From Negaprion brevirostris (taxonomy: Eukaryota): a stretch of DNA of 64,000 nucleotides. The DNA lies in contig JARDVH010000193.1 of the NCBI GenBank assembly GCA_030324005.1, positions 82,477,012 through 82,541,011 on the forward strand. Reading direction: 5' to 3'. The position numbers and the translations under genes were made by a program. The notes beneath the pieces are model-generated. The model made no database searches. It was not told the DNA's origin and worked only from the letters and a program-made list of their open reading frames with translations. Below are positions 35,641 to 48,012 of the stretch, in pieces; the stretch's first letter is position 1, and each line of letters opens with the position of its first letter.

Positions 35641-36967
35641 AATAACAGATCATAAATTATAATTTGATACTAAAATGGCTGCATTTGGAAGGAAAGCCAC
35701 AAACTGTGTTAAATTGCCAATATGAATTAGAGGTAAGGTATCTCTTCAACTGTGCATATGTCGACTCTTAAATTTTTCCCATATCCTCCTTATCCACCAA
35801 CTACATTCTGGAACACCCCCATTGAACTCCATATTAAACAAATCTGTTCATGATTTTCTTGCAGCTTCTGTAATGTAGGAATTGAATTTCTGTGGTGTAA
35901 GATTTAACTGAGTATTATTTTCCAACTGACATCTATTCAATTAGTTTGTTCATGGTCTTTCAAATATTTTACAAATAAGGGAGGAAATACTTTGCATTTC
36001 CTGTTTGAAATGCCTTAGAGTCCTGATGCACTCTCAGTGCTTGAGAACAGAATGGTCAATTGTCGTAAAAGTACTGGGCAGGTCCAGAAAGACAATTTAA
36101 AGGTCCGTTGAGCTCAGGCGAGAATTTCCAGTCTTGGAGCGTGCATGGTCCCATCCCATGTCTTCATAGCTTAATTCCTGGTCACTCAATTACGGCTGGA
36201 ATGTTATCACCATTTACCCCAGTAGGATTTTCCCATCACGTTGCAGTGAACGGAGATCTCGCTGGGCACAAATTCTCCGACCTTGTTACATTGAGAGCAT
36301 GGCATAAACAGCCAGTAAGATCGCTCCCCACAACTCCTCAGCCCAAGAATTTAATTTATCCAATCATCACCCCATTGTTAATCACTCTATTTTCATTAAT
36401 TTCTTTTAATGTCTATTGCCAATGACCTCTCTGTTCATGAACCCCTTTCTAGTTTCCCTCTTTCCCACCATACCAAGCCTACTCTAGATAACTTGAGGGA
36501 CTTCAGAGTGTGCTGTTCTTACTCACCCAGCAGCGTTCCTCCACGTGGACCACTGCACAATCTCCCTGTCAACCCTTTCATTGTTGCCTATCTGTTCCAT
36601 CTTCAATCATAACTCTTTCTGTTCTACACAATCACCTAAAGATTTACCCCAAGGCTTCACCTTTTATCCCTTTCTATTCTTTGCTTGTGTATTACTACCT
36701 GATTCATTTTTATCATTAATTCATCATGTCCCTCTACCACTTCACCCTTGACTTCACACTTTTTCTTTATTGTGCCTGTCTCTGATATCAAGATGTGAAT
36801 GGAGCTGAACTTCATCAAAACTATCCATCTCCTTTCACAGCTGCTCACATAAGCTGAAATGTGTGTTGGGAATTTTTAAGTTTCAGACATGGTATCCAAT
36901 TAAACACTCAGTCAGCAGACTGCTATTGAGAAAATATAATGAGCTAGATTTTGATCTTACTCCACGT

Positions 36968-37612
36968 TTATTTTTTATTCATTCGAGGAATGTGGGCTTC
37001 ACTGGCTAGGTCAGCATTTACTTCCCATCCCTAATTACCCTTGTAAAAGTGGTGCTGAACTGTCTTCTTGAACTGTTGGCAGTCCATGTGGTATAGAAAT
37101 ACCCACAGAGCTGTTAAGGAGGGAGTTCCAGGATTTTGGTCCAATGACAGTGAAGGAACAGCAATATATTCTCAAGTCAGGATGATGTGTGGTTTGGCGG
37201 GAACTTGTAGGTTGTGGTGGTCCCATGCATCCACAGCAATTGTCTTTCAAGATAGTAGTGGTCATGGGTTTGGATGGTGTTGTCTAAGGAGTCTTGATGA
37301 GTTCCTGCAGTGTATCTTTCAGGGGACACACACTGCAGCCATTGTGCACCAGCGATGGATGGAATGAATGTTTGTGAAAGGGATGTCAACCAAGCGGGCT
37401 GCTTTGTCTTGGAAGATGTCAAGCTTCTTGAGTGTTGTTGGAGCTGCACACATCCAGGTAAGTGGAGAGCTTTCCATTACACTCCTGACTTGTGCCTTAT
37501 AGATTATGGACAGACTTTGGGGAGGCAGAAGGTGAGTTACTGAAGCAGTATTCCTAGCCTCTGACCTGCTCTTGTAGCCACAGTATTTACATGGCTGGCC
37601 CAGTTCTGTTGT
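36968..37612 (-). mobile_element. Old CR1-like LINE 3' portion
   Basis: Minus strand WASHVNTVATRAGQRLGIL, YKAQVRSVME, SFTVIGPKSWNSL and the CCCACAT tail. Confidence 0.8.
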
Positions 37613-37699
37613 TTGTTATTCATAACACACAGGTTGTTGATAGCGGTGAATGGAGGCCATAAGATTTGGTAAATGAAAGCGACAGGATCAATAGGAAGC

Positions 37700-38012
37700 T
37701 CGTCAGAATACTTAGTGCAGATTGTTGGCACTGGGTGGCACAAGTAGAGTGCCTCATGGATCTGTGCTAGGGTCATAATTATTTACAATATATGTTAATA
37801 ACTTGGATGAGGGAAGTGAATGAACTCTTGACAGATTTACAGATGACACATTGAGATAGACAGATTTTTAATCAGTAAGGGAGTCAAGGATTATGGGGAT
37901 AAAGTGGGGAAGTGGAACTGATGATTATATCAGGTCAGCCATGATCTCATTGAATGGCAGAGCAGAATTGATGGGCTAATTGGTCTTCTTCTGTTCCTAC
38001 ATCTTATGGTCA
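37700..38012 (+). mobile_element. Decayed, internally deleted CR1
   Basis: GSVLG..LFTIYVNNLDEG..FTDDT followed by the tail CAGCCATGATCTCATTGAATGGC…TCTTATGGTC. Confidence 0.7.
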
Positions 38013-39587
38013 TGTCTTCCCAGGCAAGGGATCAGTTTCAAAATACAAACCAAGTTGTGCAGACTGTCCCCACAATTTATCCTATTTAATCACAAGTATT
38101 AAAACAGGTGAATCGAGGGGACACAATTCTGCTGTTTCTCTCACCTGCCTGCTGCGTTTACGTTAAATGTTCTTTCGTGATTATCAAGTTATCTCCCACT
38201 GCATACGGCATGGAACAATATCTTCAGCATTTGCAATGTCCTTCACAGGAACCATCAACTCACAGCACAACAAATCCCTTTCAGACGTTGCTTCAGGGGC
38301 AACCTGATAGATCAATCACCTTTGTTCTTCCATGAGGTCCGAGCAAGGGAACATTTGGAAGAGCGGAGAGGAACCAGCTGGATAGGAGGCCCCCTGTGAC
38401 CCTGCTGGAGGCCACTACAATCTGAAGGCCTGTTCCAGATGTTACAGTGACCTAGGAAAATAAAAGCGCGCAGTATTCTGGCTGCAATAGCACAAAGGAA
38501 CAGAGAAGCAAAAGGAGATTGCAACAAAGGAACTGATTTCTCCATGTGGGGTTAAGTCCCCATTAAGCTGATGTGGTAATTAAAATTAAGAATGTTTCTA
38601 CATTACCTCATAGCACAGATATTCATCACAGACTCTGCAAAATGAATGAGCAGTTCTACCATCAGGATATCTTTTAACAGGGAAATTTTTCCAGCAGTCC
38701 TTCCAAAAATGAATTGTTTACAAGGAACTGTGATTAATTGCAACAGTTCTTTGATATGTATCAGTTAAGTGTTTTCTTGCTCTGCAAATTCCATAATTAT
38801 GATGAAATTCACAGGTTTAACAGTAGCAACCTCACGCCGTCTTGATCAGCTACCTAAAAAAAAATTAGCCTCGCCATCCTGTGCTCTGACTGCACAGTTT
38901 ACAAAAACATGTATCAAGGTGTCAGTGGATTTTGATAAGATCACATCACTTCTTTGTGGTCTCTGAATGAATGAGTTGGCGTGAAGAATGTGTGGCTCGC
39001 TTTATCTTTTTTTTGTGTTCCAGATTCAGTATGCAGCCACAAAACAGCGCTTCATAAGGAGGAAATAAACCAAAAGAAAAAATACTAAAACTCCTCCTCA
39101 GAGTCCCAAGGGTTAAATCTCAATGGCTGAGAGCCAAGCTGAAGAGAAGATCTAACTGACAGTTTGGGAGAGAAGAATTTCTTCCTTTGCTTTCTAATGT
39201 TTACAAGGGCAAGACAAACTGCACTGAAATCTTTGTGTGGTACAAAGGAGATTGTTTCAGCTGCAATTTCTACTTAAAAGCCTTCCTGGCTGAAGCCAGT
39301 GCCAGGACGGAAACAAACTGGGAGTGTAAACAGAAAGCAAACTGTGCAGAATGGTATCAGGCTCATTTTTAAAAAATACAGTTCTAGTTTTCTTTTCATC
39401 CCCAGACTGGGATAATTTACAAGTAAAACAGCTCAGCAAAAATTATAATATTTTGATATCATTCTATATGTTGGAATTTTTTTGGAGGGGGTAAGAAATG
39501 CTCATCAAATGAGGTATTAGTGAAAGAAATTTCAAACACATGCTTTCAGCACTCATTTCAAGGACAGGTTCAGTACAGATGACACAG

Positions 39588-40045
39588 GTATCACAGCTTG
39601 GTATGGCTCCTACTCTGATCAAGACAGCAAGAAACTACAAAGGGTTGTGAATGTAGCCCAGTCCATCACACAAACCAACTTCCCATCCATTGATTCTGTC
39701 TAGACTTCCTGCTGCTTTGGAAAAGCAGCCAGCATAATCAAGGACCCCATGCACCCCAGACATAGTCTCTTCCACCTTCTTCCATCAAGAAAAAGATACA
39801 GAAGTCTGAGAACACATACCAACTGATTCAAAAACGGCTTCTTCCCTCCTGCCGTCAGACTCTTTAATGGACTTCTTAAATCTTTCTCTCTACCCTATCT
39901 GCAGTTGCAATATTATATTCTGCATCCACTCCTTTCCTTCTCTCCAATGTACTCTATGAATGGTATGCTTTGTCTATATAGCACTCAAGAAATAATACTT
40001 TTCACTGTATCCCAATGCATGTGACAAAAATAAATCAAATCAAAT
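39588..40045 (+). mobile_element. Rex1/Babar-type LINE 3' end
   Basis: ITAWYGS..QDSKKLQRVVNVAQSITQTNFPSI..KAASIIKDPMHPRHSLFHLLPSRKRYRSLRTHT..FKNGFFPPAVRL and a (ATCAA)n tail. Confidence 0.85.
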
Positions 40046-40546
40046 GAAACATGTGGAGTAGAGCTTTCTGTGCATTTTCTCGTAGAGCAGTCCCAATTCT
40101 GACAAGCTCAGCACAGACTAAAGCTTGCTTTACTTTACCCCGGCTATGTGTAATATCTTAAACTCGGCAGTGCGATAGTCCCATATGTGCACTTTGTGAC
40201 TTTCCTGAGTAAGACTACCAAGTAATGTCAATTTAATAACGTGGTGCTAATTTAGGATTAAGTTATGAGCGGTTTGTACTATGGACTACTCCCAATGAAA
40301 ACATGCTTGAAAGCAGATCATATTACTTAAGATCCTATCAGCCCAGAGAGAATGAGAAGACTTTTATCCCATAGTTCTGAACTGCTTTCAAAGCCAAACC
40401 CAATGGTGAAAGGTCAGTTAGCTAAATGAACAGTCTCTCACTCATTTTCCTATTACGATTCCATCCAAAATTTAAAATGATACTGCTGGTTCTATGAGTG
40501 TGATATTTAAAAAAAAGATAAATGACTTTTCTAATGGAAAGGGAAA

Positions 40547-41180
40547 CCATAGAATCACAAACATTTACAGCATGCACAAACATTTTTGGTCCATAATTCC
40601 TGTGCCAATTCTTTCCTGAGGCAGTCATAATCTGTCATATCCTCTGTCGGTCACCCATTATCTTACCCTGCTTCAGTTATTAATTCCTCCTGTAAAAGAT
40701 GGAACAGTTGGGGTTTCTGTCTCATTCACTCACAGCAACAGCCTTCTCACTGCCTTAGGATCAATTTTAAATTAATGACTCCTCATTACTGACTTCTGAA
40801 CCAGAAGAAACAGTTATTCCCTATACATTCCATAAAATGCTACATGGCTTTAAAAAAAGAATTTAAGTCTTCCCGTAGCTGTCTCTGCTTCAATTGCTCA
40901 AGTTTTCCCCTACTGATAAAGTTTCCCATCCTGGTACTAGTGTGATGAACCTATACTGTACTCTCTCAAATATTTTGTTACCTTTTCTATAGTAAGACTG
41001 AATATTTGAGCTGAAGTCTAATTGGTGTTACATATAAATTCATCATTACTTTTTACTGTTGTACTCTATGCCTCTATTTATGAAACAAAAATTCTATTTT
41101 TTTTGCGGCTTTACCCACCTGTACGGAAGAAATTATGTATATGTATCCTTTTGTTGCTCTGTTTTTACCCCAAAATAGTA
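40547..41180 (-). mobile_element. Highly decayed CR1 3' region
   Basis: CATAGAATC..ACAGCA..TTTGGTCCAT tail and CCCATCCTGGTACTAGTGTGATGAACCTA..CTGTACTCTCTC (reverse of LERVQ.RFITLVPG). Confidence 0.55.
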
Positions 41181-42129
41181 TNNNNNNNNNNNNNNNNNNN
41201 NNNNNNNNNNNNNNNNNNNNNNNNNNNNNNNNNNNNNNNNNNNNNNNNNNNNNNNNNNNNNNNNNNNNNNNNNNNNNNNNNNNNNNNNNNNNNNNNNNNN
41301 NNNNNNNNNNNNNNNNNNNNNNNNNNNNNNNNNNNNNNNNNNNNNNNNNNNNNNNNNNNNNNNNNNNNNNNNNNNNNNNNNNNNNNNNNNNNNNNNNNNN
41401 NNNNNNNNNNNNNNNNNNNNNNNNNNNNNNNNNNNNNNNNNNNNNNNNNNNNNNNNNNNNNNNNNNNNNNNNNNNNNNNNNNNNNNNNNNNNNNNNNNNN
41501 NNNNNNNNNNNNNNNNNNNNNNNNNNNNNNNNNNNNNNNNNNNNNNNNNNNNNNNNNNNNNNNNNNNNNNNNNNNNNNNNNNNNNNNNNNNNNNNNNNNN
41601 NNNNNNNNNNNNNNNNNNNNNNNNNNNNGGAATCGTGAAACATAGTCTGGATTCAGGAAACTTTTCAAATGTAACTTCAAAAGATTTTAGCCATGCACCA
41701 TATATCAAATCCATGCCGACTCATCATCCCCCTCACCTTCACCACAGCCACACTCACTGTCTGTTACAGCCCCCATACCAACTCATGCCTCCCAGACTTT
41801 TATAAGAAGGATTATAGAAGTGAATTTGGTTACGCATGTGCAGAGACATGTTGATTTTGCTTGATTGATTTATTTATGCGGTTATAAGAAGTTACTTTTT
41901 CTGTGATCTCTTTTGGCAATGTCTTGATGTTTATTTACACAAGATTAGGAGATGTCAAATGCTTCAAGCTTCTGTTGTTGATCATTTAATGGTCTGCTTT
42001 ATTTACACTGTTTCACGATTGTATTAACACCAGATTTTTTTCCCCAAAAATTACAAATAGTTTTTTTTTCTAAGTTGTTTCACACATGCCATTGTTATTT
42101 TGAAGTTCATTGATTCTATACATAGTGTA

Positions 42130-42254
42130 TACTGGGTGAATGGACATGATAGAGTCGGGGTCATGGGAATAGGGCTTGGGTAGGATTGCTGTTGGTGCAG
42201 GCTCAATGGGTTGAATTGCCTCCTTCTGTACTGTAGGGCTTCTATGATTCTATG
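42130..42254 (+). mobile_element. SINE tail-A fragment
   Basis: GGTGCAGGCTCAATGGGTTGAATTGCCTCCTTCTGTACTGTAGGGCTTCTATGATTCTATG. Confidence 0.8.
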
Positions 42255-43129
42255 AGTTAGCATGGAGGGTGGATACTGGGAGTGATGGGGTGCAGAGTTC
42301 ACATCAAACGTAACCAAGCAACTAAGATGAAGTCTCAGAGAACTAAGGCGGGCCTTTTAACCAGCTCGTCTCAATATTCCGCCATCCTTGTGGCTGCCTC
42401 TAATCTGTTTCGGAGGGAGGGAGTCTATCGGTAGAGAAAATCTGGTCCATTGTTTCAAGGTGAACAAGGCTGATAAATCAATATTACCGAGCACTCAACA
42501 TTTTGAAAAGATAGACAAAGTAGAAAAGAAGGAAATAAGTATTACAAAACAAAAGTAGCAAGAAATATCTTGGTTCAGAGTTTTAAAAAATAGAGATAGT
42601 ATGGATGAATATTAGAAATTACAAGGATCAAAAAGCACTAGTTATGCTGTTGGATAGAATATTAAGCCAGAAATAATTGGAGCTTGCAAAAAAAGGCAAT
42701 AAAATTCTGGGGAACATTAATCTTCATATAAACTGTACAAATCAAATTGGCAAAGGTGGTCTGGAAGCTGAGTTTGCAAAATGTTTTTGTGGCAATTTCC
42801 GAAACAGTGGCCTGAATTTTTTTGTCTGACATTTGCACACACTCGGTGGTCCCAGATATAGACAGTTGACCCCTGGGCTCAATTTCACGCTGGCTGGCCA
42901 ATTAACGGGCAGGCAGTGTGAAACACCCTGTATGAAAGGCGGCAAAGGGCAGGTGCCCAGGAAAAGATGGGCGCTGGCTGGGTCTTCTACTGTCCTCCCT
43001 TCGGGGTTGGCCTGTGGAGCTGACTCAGATGCTGCATACCCGAAAAAAATAAATTGTGATAGAAAGATTATGTAAAGTGTGCCTAGGCAGAGCATTCAAA
43101 CACAAACCTCAGCCCCAAACACCTTTCCA

Positions 43130-43336
43130 ATTTCACAACACCAGGAAACTGGGTTCAATTCAGGCCTTGGGTGATTGCCTGTGTGAAGTTTGCATGTTCT
43201 CCTCGTGTCAGTGTGGGTTTCCTCCAGGGTGGGGGCAAGGCTACTTAGATAAGATCTGTCAGAAAGTTGGTGCAGACTCAATGGATCGAATGGCCTCCTT
43301 CGGCCCTGTAGGGATTCTATGATGATCTATGATGAT
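43130..43336 (+). mobile_element. Internally deleted HE1-like SINE (tail A)
   Basis: GGGTTCAATTC…GTGTGAAGTTTGCATGTTCTCC…GGGATTCTATGATGATCTATG. Confidence 0.8.
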
Positions 43337-44019
43337 ATCAGCCCAGCCCAGTTCATCTCACCCTTGGGTCAAAGTTGAAGCTAAAACGTAAAGGATGCCC
43401 AGCCAATCAGTCCATCCGGCCAAATGTAAAAACAGATGGGTCACGTAAAATTACATCCTCTTCATCCCTTAATGGGTTAAATTGCCATTTTGATTGACAG
43501 CGAGTGTGATTCTGACCGATGCCTGTGCCTGCTGGTTGAAATATTGCATGAGTGTGTGATGAAGTGGATGTGCACGAAGTGACATTATGTGCAACTTTAC
43601 ACACTTTCAGGTCGGGCGCTTACCCAACCGAGCAACATAACATGTTGACCAATACGCTCTGGGCCCCTTTAGGGGTTAAGCTATTTTATGCCTGGTATTA
43701 CATAATGAGTCAGGTTTAATTTGTAATCTCATAGTAAAAGATCTTTTGGGGAAAAAAAATGATCATAATTGAATTCCAGCCTAAGTTTGAAAGTGACATA
43801 GTCCAGACCTAAACCAGAATTTAAAAGTTAAACAAAGCCATTTACATAGATATGAAGGAACAGCTAGTTAAGGTTGATTGGTTAAATAGACAGAAAGATA
43901 CGCTGGTACATAAATAGCAGGCAACATTTAAAGCAATGATTCAAAATATTCAATAAAATGACATCCCGTAAAAGCAAAGGCTAAGCGAAAAAGATGGATC
44001 TGCGAATAGACAGGATGAC

Positions 44020-44795
44020 TCCAAATTCCATTCCATAGCTATCTACTGTATCCCTCTCCTGGGTAACCATTTGAGATTAAGCCAGTCTGTTTGCAACCTC
44101 AGTGTCACATTTGGTTCTGCTGTGAACTTCTGAACTCAAATTCATGCCATCACTAAGATCACTTATTTCCCTCTCCAAAACATCACTTGCCTTTGTATTG
44201 GCTCAACTCACCTGCTGCTGAAATCATCGTCTATGCGTTTGTTACCTCAGGATATGCCAATGCACTCCTGGTTGGTCTCCCACATTCTGCCACCAATGGC
44301 CCTCCCATAAACTTTCGAGGTGATCCAAAGCTCTGCTGCCTGTGTCTTAACTCCTTTTTCACCCTGTGCTTGCTGACCTATACTGGCTTTCGGTTAACCA
44401 GTACCTTGATTTTTGAAGATTCTCATTGTTGTTTGCAAACCTCCTGATGACCTTACCCCTCCACATCCCTTTAATCTCCTTCAACTCCACAATATTTCAA
44501 GATAACTTGACTTCTCTAATTATAATTGCTCCACCATTGGTGGCTGTGCCTTCAGTTGATTAGGCCCAAGCTCTGGAGTTCTATCCCCCACACTTCACAT
44601 ACATCTTCACCTCTCCATCTCACTTTTCTCCTTTAAAACAATTCTTAAAACCCATTTCCTTGACCAATCTTTTGGTCATCAGACCTAATATTTCATGTGA
44701 TCAGTATCAAACTTAATTTGAAAATGTTCCAGTAAAATGCTGTGGGACATTTTGTTATGTTAAAGGCGCAATATAAATATAAGTCATTGCTGTTA
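44020..44795 (+). mobile_element. L2-clade LINE 3' portion
   Basis: NLSVTF.., AAEIIVYAFVTS..YANALLVGLP, GGCAFS..PKLWSS and the tail TGGGACATTTTGTTATGTTAAAGGCGCAATATAAATATAAGT. Confidence 0.85.
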
Positions 44796-45260
44796 AGTGA
44801 ATGGGAAACAAGATGGAAGATGAAGTATAAAGTGAGGAAGTGTGAAATTATCCACTTTGGTAATAAGAACAGGAAGCAGTATACTTATTTAAAGGCATGA
44901 AACTTCAGAATGTTAGTCTTCAGAGAAACTTGAGTGTACTCATAGAAGGAACTCAGAAAATCAACATGCAGATATAGCAAGAAAATATGAAAGTAAATGG
45001 CATGTTGGCCTTTATATAGTAGGATTTGAGTACAACAATAAGAAAGGCGTGCTATAATTGTCTAGGGATTTGGAGTACTGTACTCGGTTTTGGTCTCCAG
45101 ATCTAAGGAAGGATAGACTTGCCTTGGCAGTGCTATAATAAATATTCACTAAATTGGTTCCAAGAGATGAGTGTGCTGTCGTAGGATAAGAAGCTGAGTA
45201 AATCTACCCTTTTGTATTTGAAGTTGAGAAGAATAAGAGGTGATCGTATTGAAACATATT
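44796..45260 (+). mobile_element. Decayed CR1 RT C-terminal fragment
   Basis: WKMKYKVRKCEIIHFGNKN…LEYCTRFWSPDLRKD…RRIRGDRIETY. Confidence 0.75.
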
Positions 45261-45532
45261 TTCAATCATCTGCAAATGTCAAGATTTTGTTTACTTTGCC
45301 AAGTTAAAATCATCTGTAGGTCTCAAGCTCCAAAGGTTACTAAATACTGACCTCTGGGATATATCACTTCCAACCTTTCTCCAGCCTGATAGATAGCCAT
45401 TTATCATCTCTGTATTTTGCACATCTCCAATATCTTCTTTTATACCATATGGCTAAATTTTTCAAATGAGCCACTTTTAAGATACATTATTTAAAATGTT
45501 CAGAAAAGCATGTACAATACTTCAACATGTAT

Positions 45533-45868
45533 ATTGTGAAAAACAATGTGCTGAAGAAGCCTTTCAGTTTGTACTCATCAGGACTGACATGAAAGTGCCA
45601 TATTTCAAAGGGTGAAATAATTTGCACTGCATAAGATTGTTAGGATGTTGTCATAGCAAATGTACAACTGAGTTAATGTCACCTAATGATTTATTTGGTA
45701 TTCAAAGAAGTAGCAATGTCTGGATGTATTCCTTTTTCTGCTGAGGATTGGTCCATACATATGAATATGTGTAGTTTTTAGCAAGTGTAAATGAGCTACA
45801 TTGTGAGGCCAACTGATAATTTTAGCAAGTTCAGGATTGTTCAGCAAATGCTGCCCAATCATGGAATG
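45533..45868 (-). mobile_element. Penelope-like 3' end/pLTR (inverted copy)
   Basis: Minus strand ATTGGGCAGCATTTGCTGAACAATCCTG… (IGQHLLNNP) through GTCCTGATGAGTACAAACTGAAAGGCTTC. Confidence 0.8.
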
Positions 45869-46131
45869 ATTAATGAAAGATAATATAAATTGACTTTGAA
45901 GTCACAGCTTGGTTAAGTACAATCAGTGCTCTGATTATTATAAAAAGTCAAAACTGTTTTATATGATCCCCCAATCAATGGGATGTACAACCCACATTCT
46001 CGACATTGCAGTGGCACTGAAATTCACATGCCCCATTACTCATTTATGTGACAGGCAGAACAAGTTTTTGGCTTGATGGAAGCATCCTATTAGTGGAAAA
46101 TACCACCAATCCAACCCATGCCTGCAAAACA

Positions 46132-46270
46132 TAGGAATTTTTCCCATCCCGCCTGCCACAGGTATCAGAGTGGGAAGGGGATGGGAGAGGGGGGATGAAC
46201 CATGCAGGGGCCTGTTGACCTCGGGCAGCATTTTCCAGATTTGGGGTGAGCATGGCCGGAAAATCCTGCC
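46132..46270. mobile_element. Harbinger-like MITE
   Basis: GGAATTTTTCCC…GGAAAATCCTGCCC, similar to the 17376 and 17680 elements. Confidence 0.6.
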
Positions 46271-46274
46271 CGTA

Positions 46275-46710
46275 ATGTCTCATATAGATGTGATTCTGTG
46301 ATTGGGCAGCATTTGCTGAACAATCCTAAGTGTGCTAAGATTTACAACAACAGCCAATTTAAGATTATCAGACTGGTTCACAAGATAGCTCACTTGCTTG
46401 CTAGAAACTACACTGTATTTTTGGGCATAGACCCATTCTCTACAGGAAAAAGGAATATATACAGATATTGCACCTTTTTTGACAAATCAAAAGTACAGGG
46501 AATCAAAGCTCTCTGGAGAAGTTACCATGGCAATCTTGATTAATCAGAGCTGTCTTATTAACCAATCAGCAACCCTGGTCTCAGACAGCATAGATTGTTG
46601 CTCCCTTTGAAATTTGGCATTCTTATATCAGTCCTAACGAGTGCAAGTTGAGAAATTCCCACAGTATATCTCTTTTTTCAGCAAACTCAAGTTCTGCACC
46701 ACTAAGCAAT
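46275..46710 (+). mobile_element. Penelope-like 3' end/pLTR (direct copy)
   Basis: ORF 46298..46543 IGQHLLNNPKCAKIYNNSQFKIIR (GIY-YIG C-terminus) and a degenerate hammerhead GTCCTAACGAGTGCAAGTTGAGAAATT at about 46631. Confidence 0.8.
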
Positions 46711-47284
46711 TACTTCAGCATGTATTGTTTTACACCTAGCTAAATGCCAATTCTTCAGAAAGTTCTGTTGCTTTGGTCAAATGTGAGTTATCTAATTAAC
46801 CCACACAAATGGGATGCTATTAAATGCTCACTAATTGCTGTTCAAATTAAGGCCCCAGAATTCCTGGGGTTTGCTGTATCAGCACCTGACTGATAGAATC
46901 AAAATCACACTGTCACGAGCCTCTACCTGCAGCCAGTCAATTATTTGGATATATTTCCTAATGAATCGTTGCTCTGTATTCAATATCCCAATTCTATAAA
47001 ATCCTTTAAGATCCTTGCATTTCTTTGCCAACTTTAACTTTCTATTTTTAGTCTTTCTATTTACAAAGTTTGTGCGTCTGAACATTTGGACTGGATTTTA
47101 ACATTTGAATTGACTCACAAGAAGCAATCTTACCAAAAAAAACTGTAAGTACAAAGTGAGAGTGAAAACAGGAGAGAATCACACTCTTTTAAGAATGGAG
47201 TGTGATTTGCACCAGCAGGGGAAAGGGCAGAGCCTAAGCTCACTGGAAGCCAGCATCTGGCAACAGAGTTTGCAATTGTGCATG

Positions 47285-48012
47285 CTCAGACCTGTGAACA
47301 GTGACCATAACACCACACAATCCTGCCACAGCAACCTCTGCAAGATGTGCCGGATCATCGACATGGATTCCATCATTTCACGTGAGGACACCATCCACCA
47401 GGTATATGGTACATACATTTGTAACTCGGCCAACATTGTCTATCTGATACACTGCAGGAAAGGATGTCCCGAGGCATGGTACATTGGCAAAACCATGCAG
47501 ACGCTACGACAATGGATGAATGAACACCGCTCGACAGTCACCAGGCAAGACTGTTGCTTTCCTGTTGGGGAACACTTCAGCAGTCACAGCCTCTGATCTT
47601 GGGGAAGCAGTCTTCACAACACTGGACAACGCAGAATCGCGGAGCAGAAACTGATAGCCAAGTTCTGGACATATGAAGACGGCCTCAACTGGGATCTTGG
47701 GTTCGTGTCACACTATCTGTAACCCCCACCACTTGCCTGGTCTTGCAAAATCTCACTAACTGTCCTGACTGGAGACAATACACATCTCTTTAACCTGTGC
47801 TTAACCCTCTTTCTCCACTCACATTGTCTGTACCTTTTAAGACTTGATTACCTTTAAGACTTGCATTCCAACCATTATTTTGTAAGTTGAGTGTGTGCCT
47901 TTATATGCCCTGTTTGTGTATAGAACTCCCACTGACCTGATGAGGGAGCAGCACTCTGAAAGCTTGTGGCTTGTGCTACCAGATAAACCTGTTGGTGTGT
48001 GAGACTTCTTAC
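47285..48012 (+). mobile_element. 5'-truncated Penelope-like element (GIY-YIG domain + pLTR)
   Basis: CHSNLCKMC…YICNSANIVYLIHCRKGCPEAWYIGKTMQTLRQWMNEHR…VGEHFS, then after a frameshift QRRIAEQKLIAKF..EDGLNWDLGFVSHYL* (stop about 47721). The 3' pLTR carries a hammerhead and ATAAACCTGTTGG. Confidence 0.9.
47929..47969 (+). ncRNA. Minimal type-I hammerhead ribozyme motif in Penelope pLTR
   Basis: CTGATGA (47937-43), stem II GGAG/CTCT, GAAA (47958-61), palindromic AAGCTT helix III, then GTGG. Confidence 0.65.

Noticed and set aside
14516-41714. Long ORFs full of X (e.g. 14538..15362, 19495..20529, 41022..41645)
   Set aside because: Their length comes from N gaps; the real parts are CR1 fragments or non-coding.
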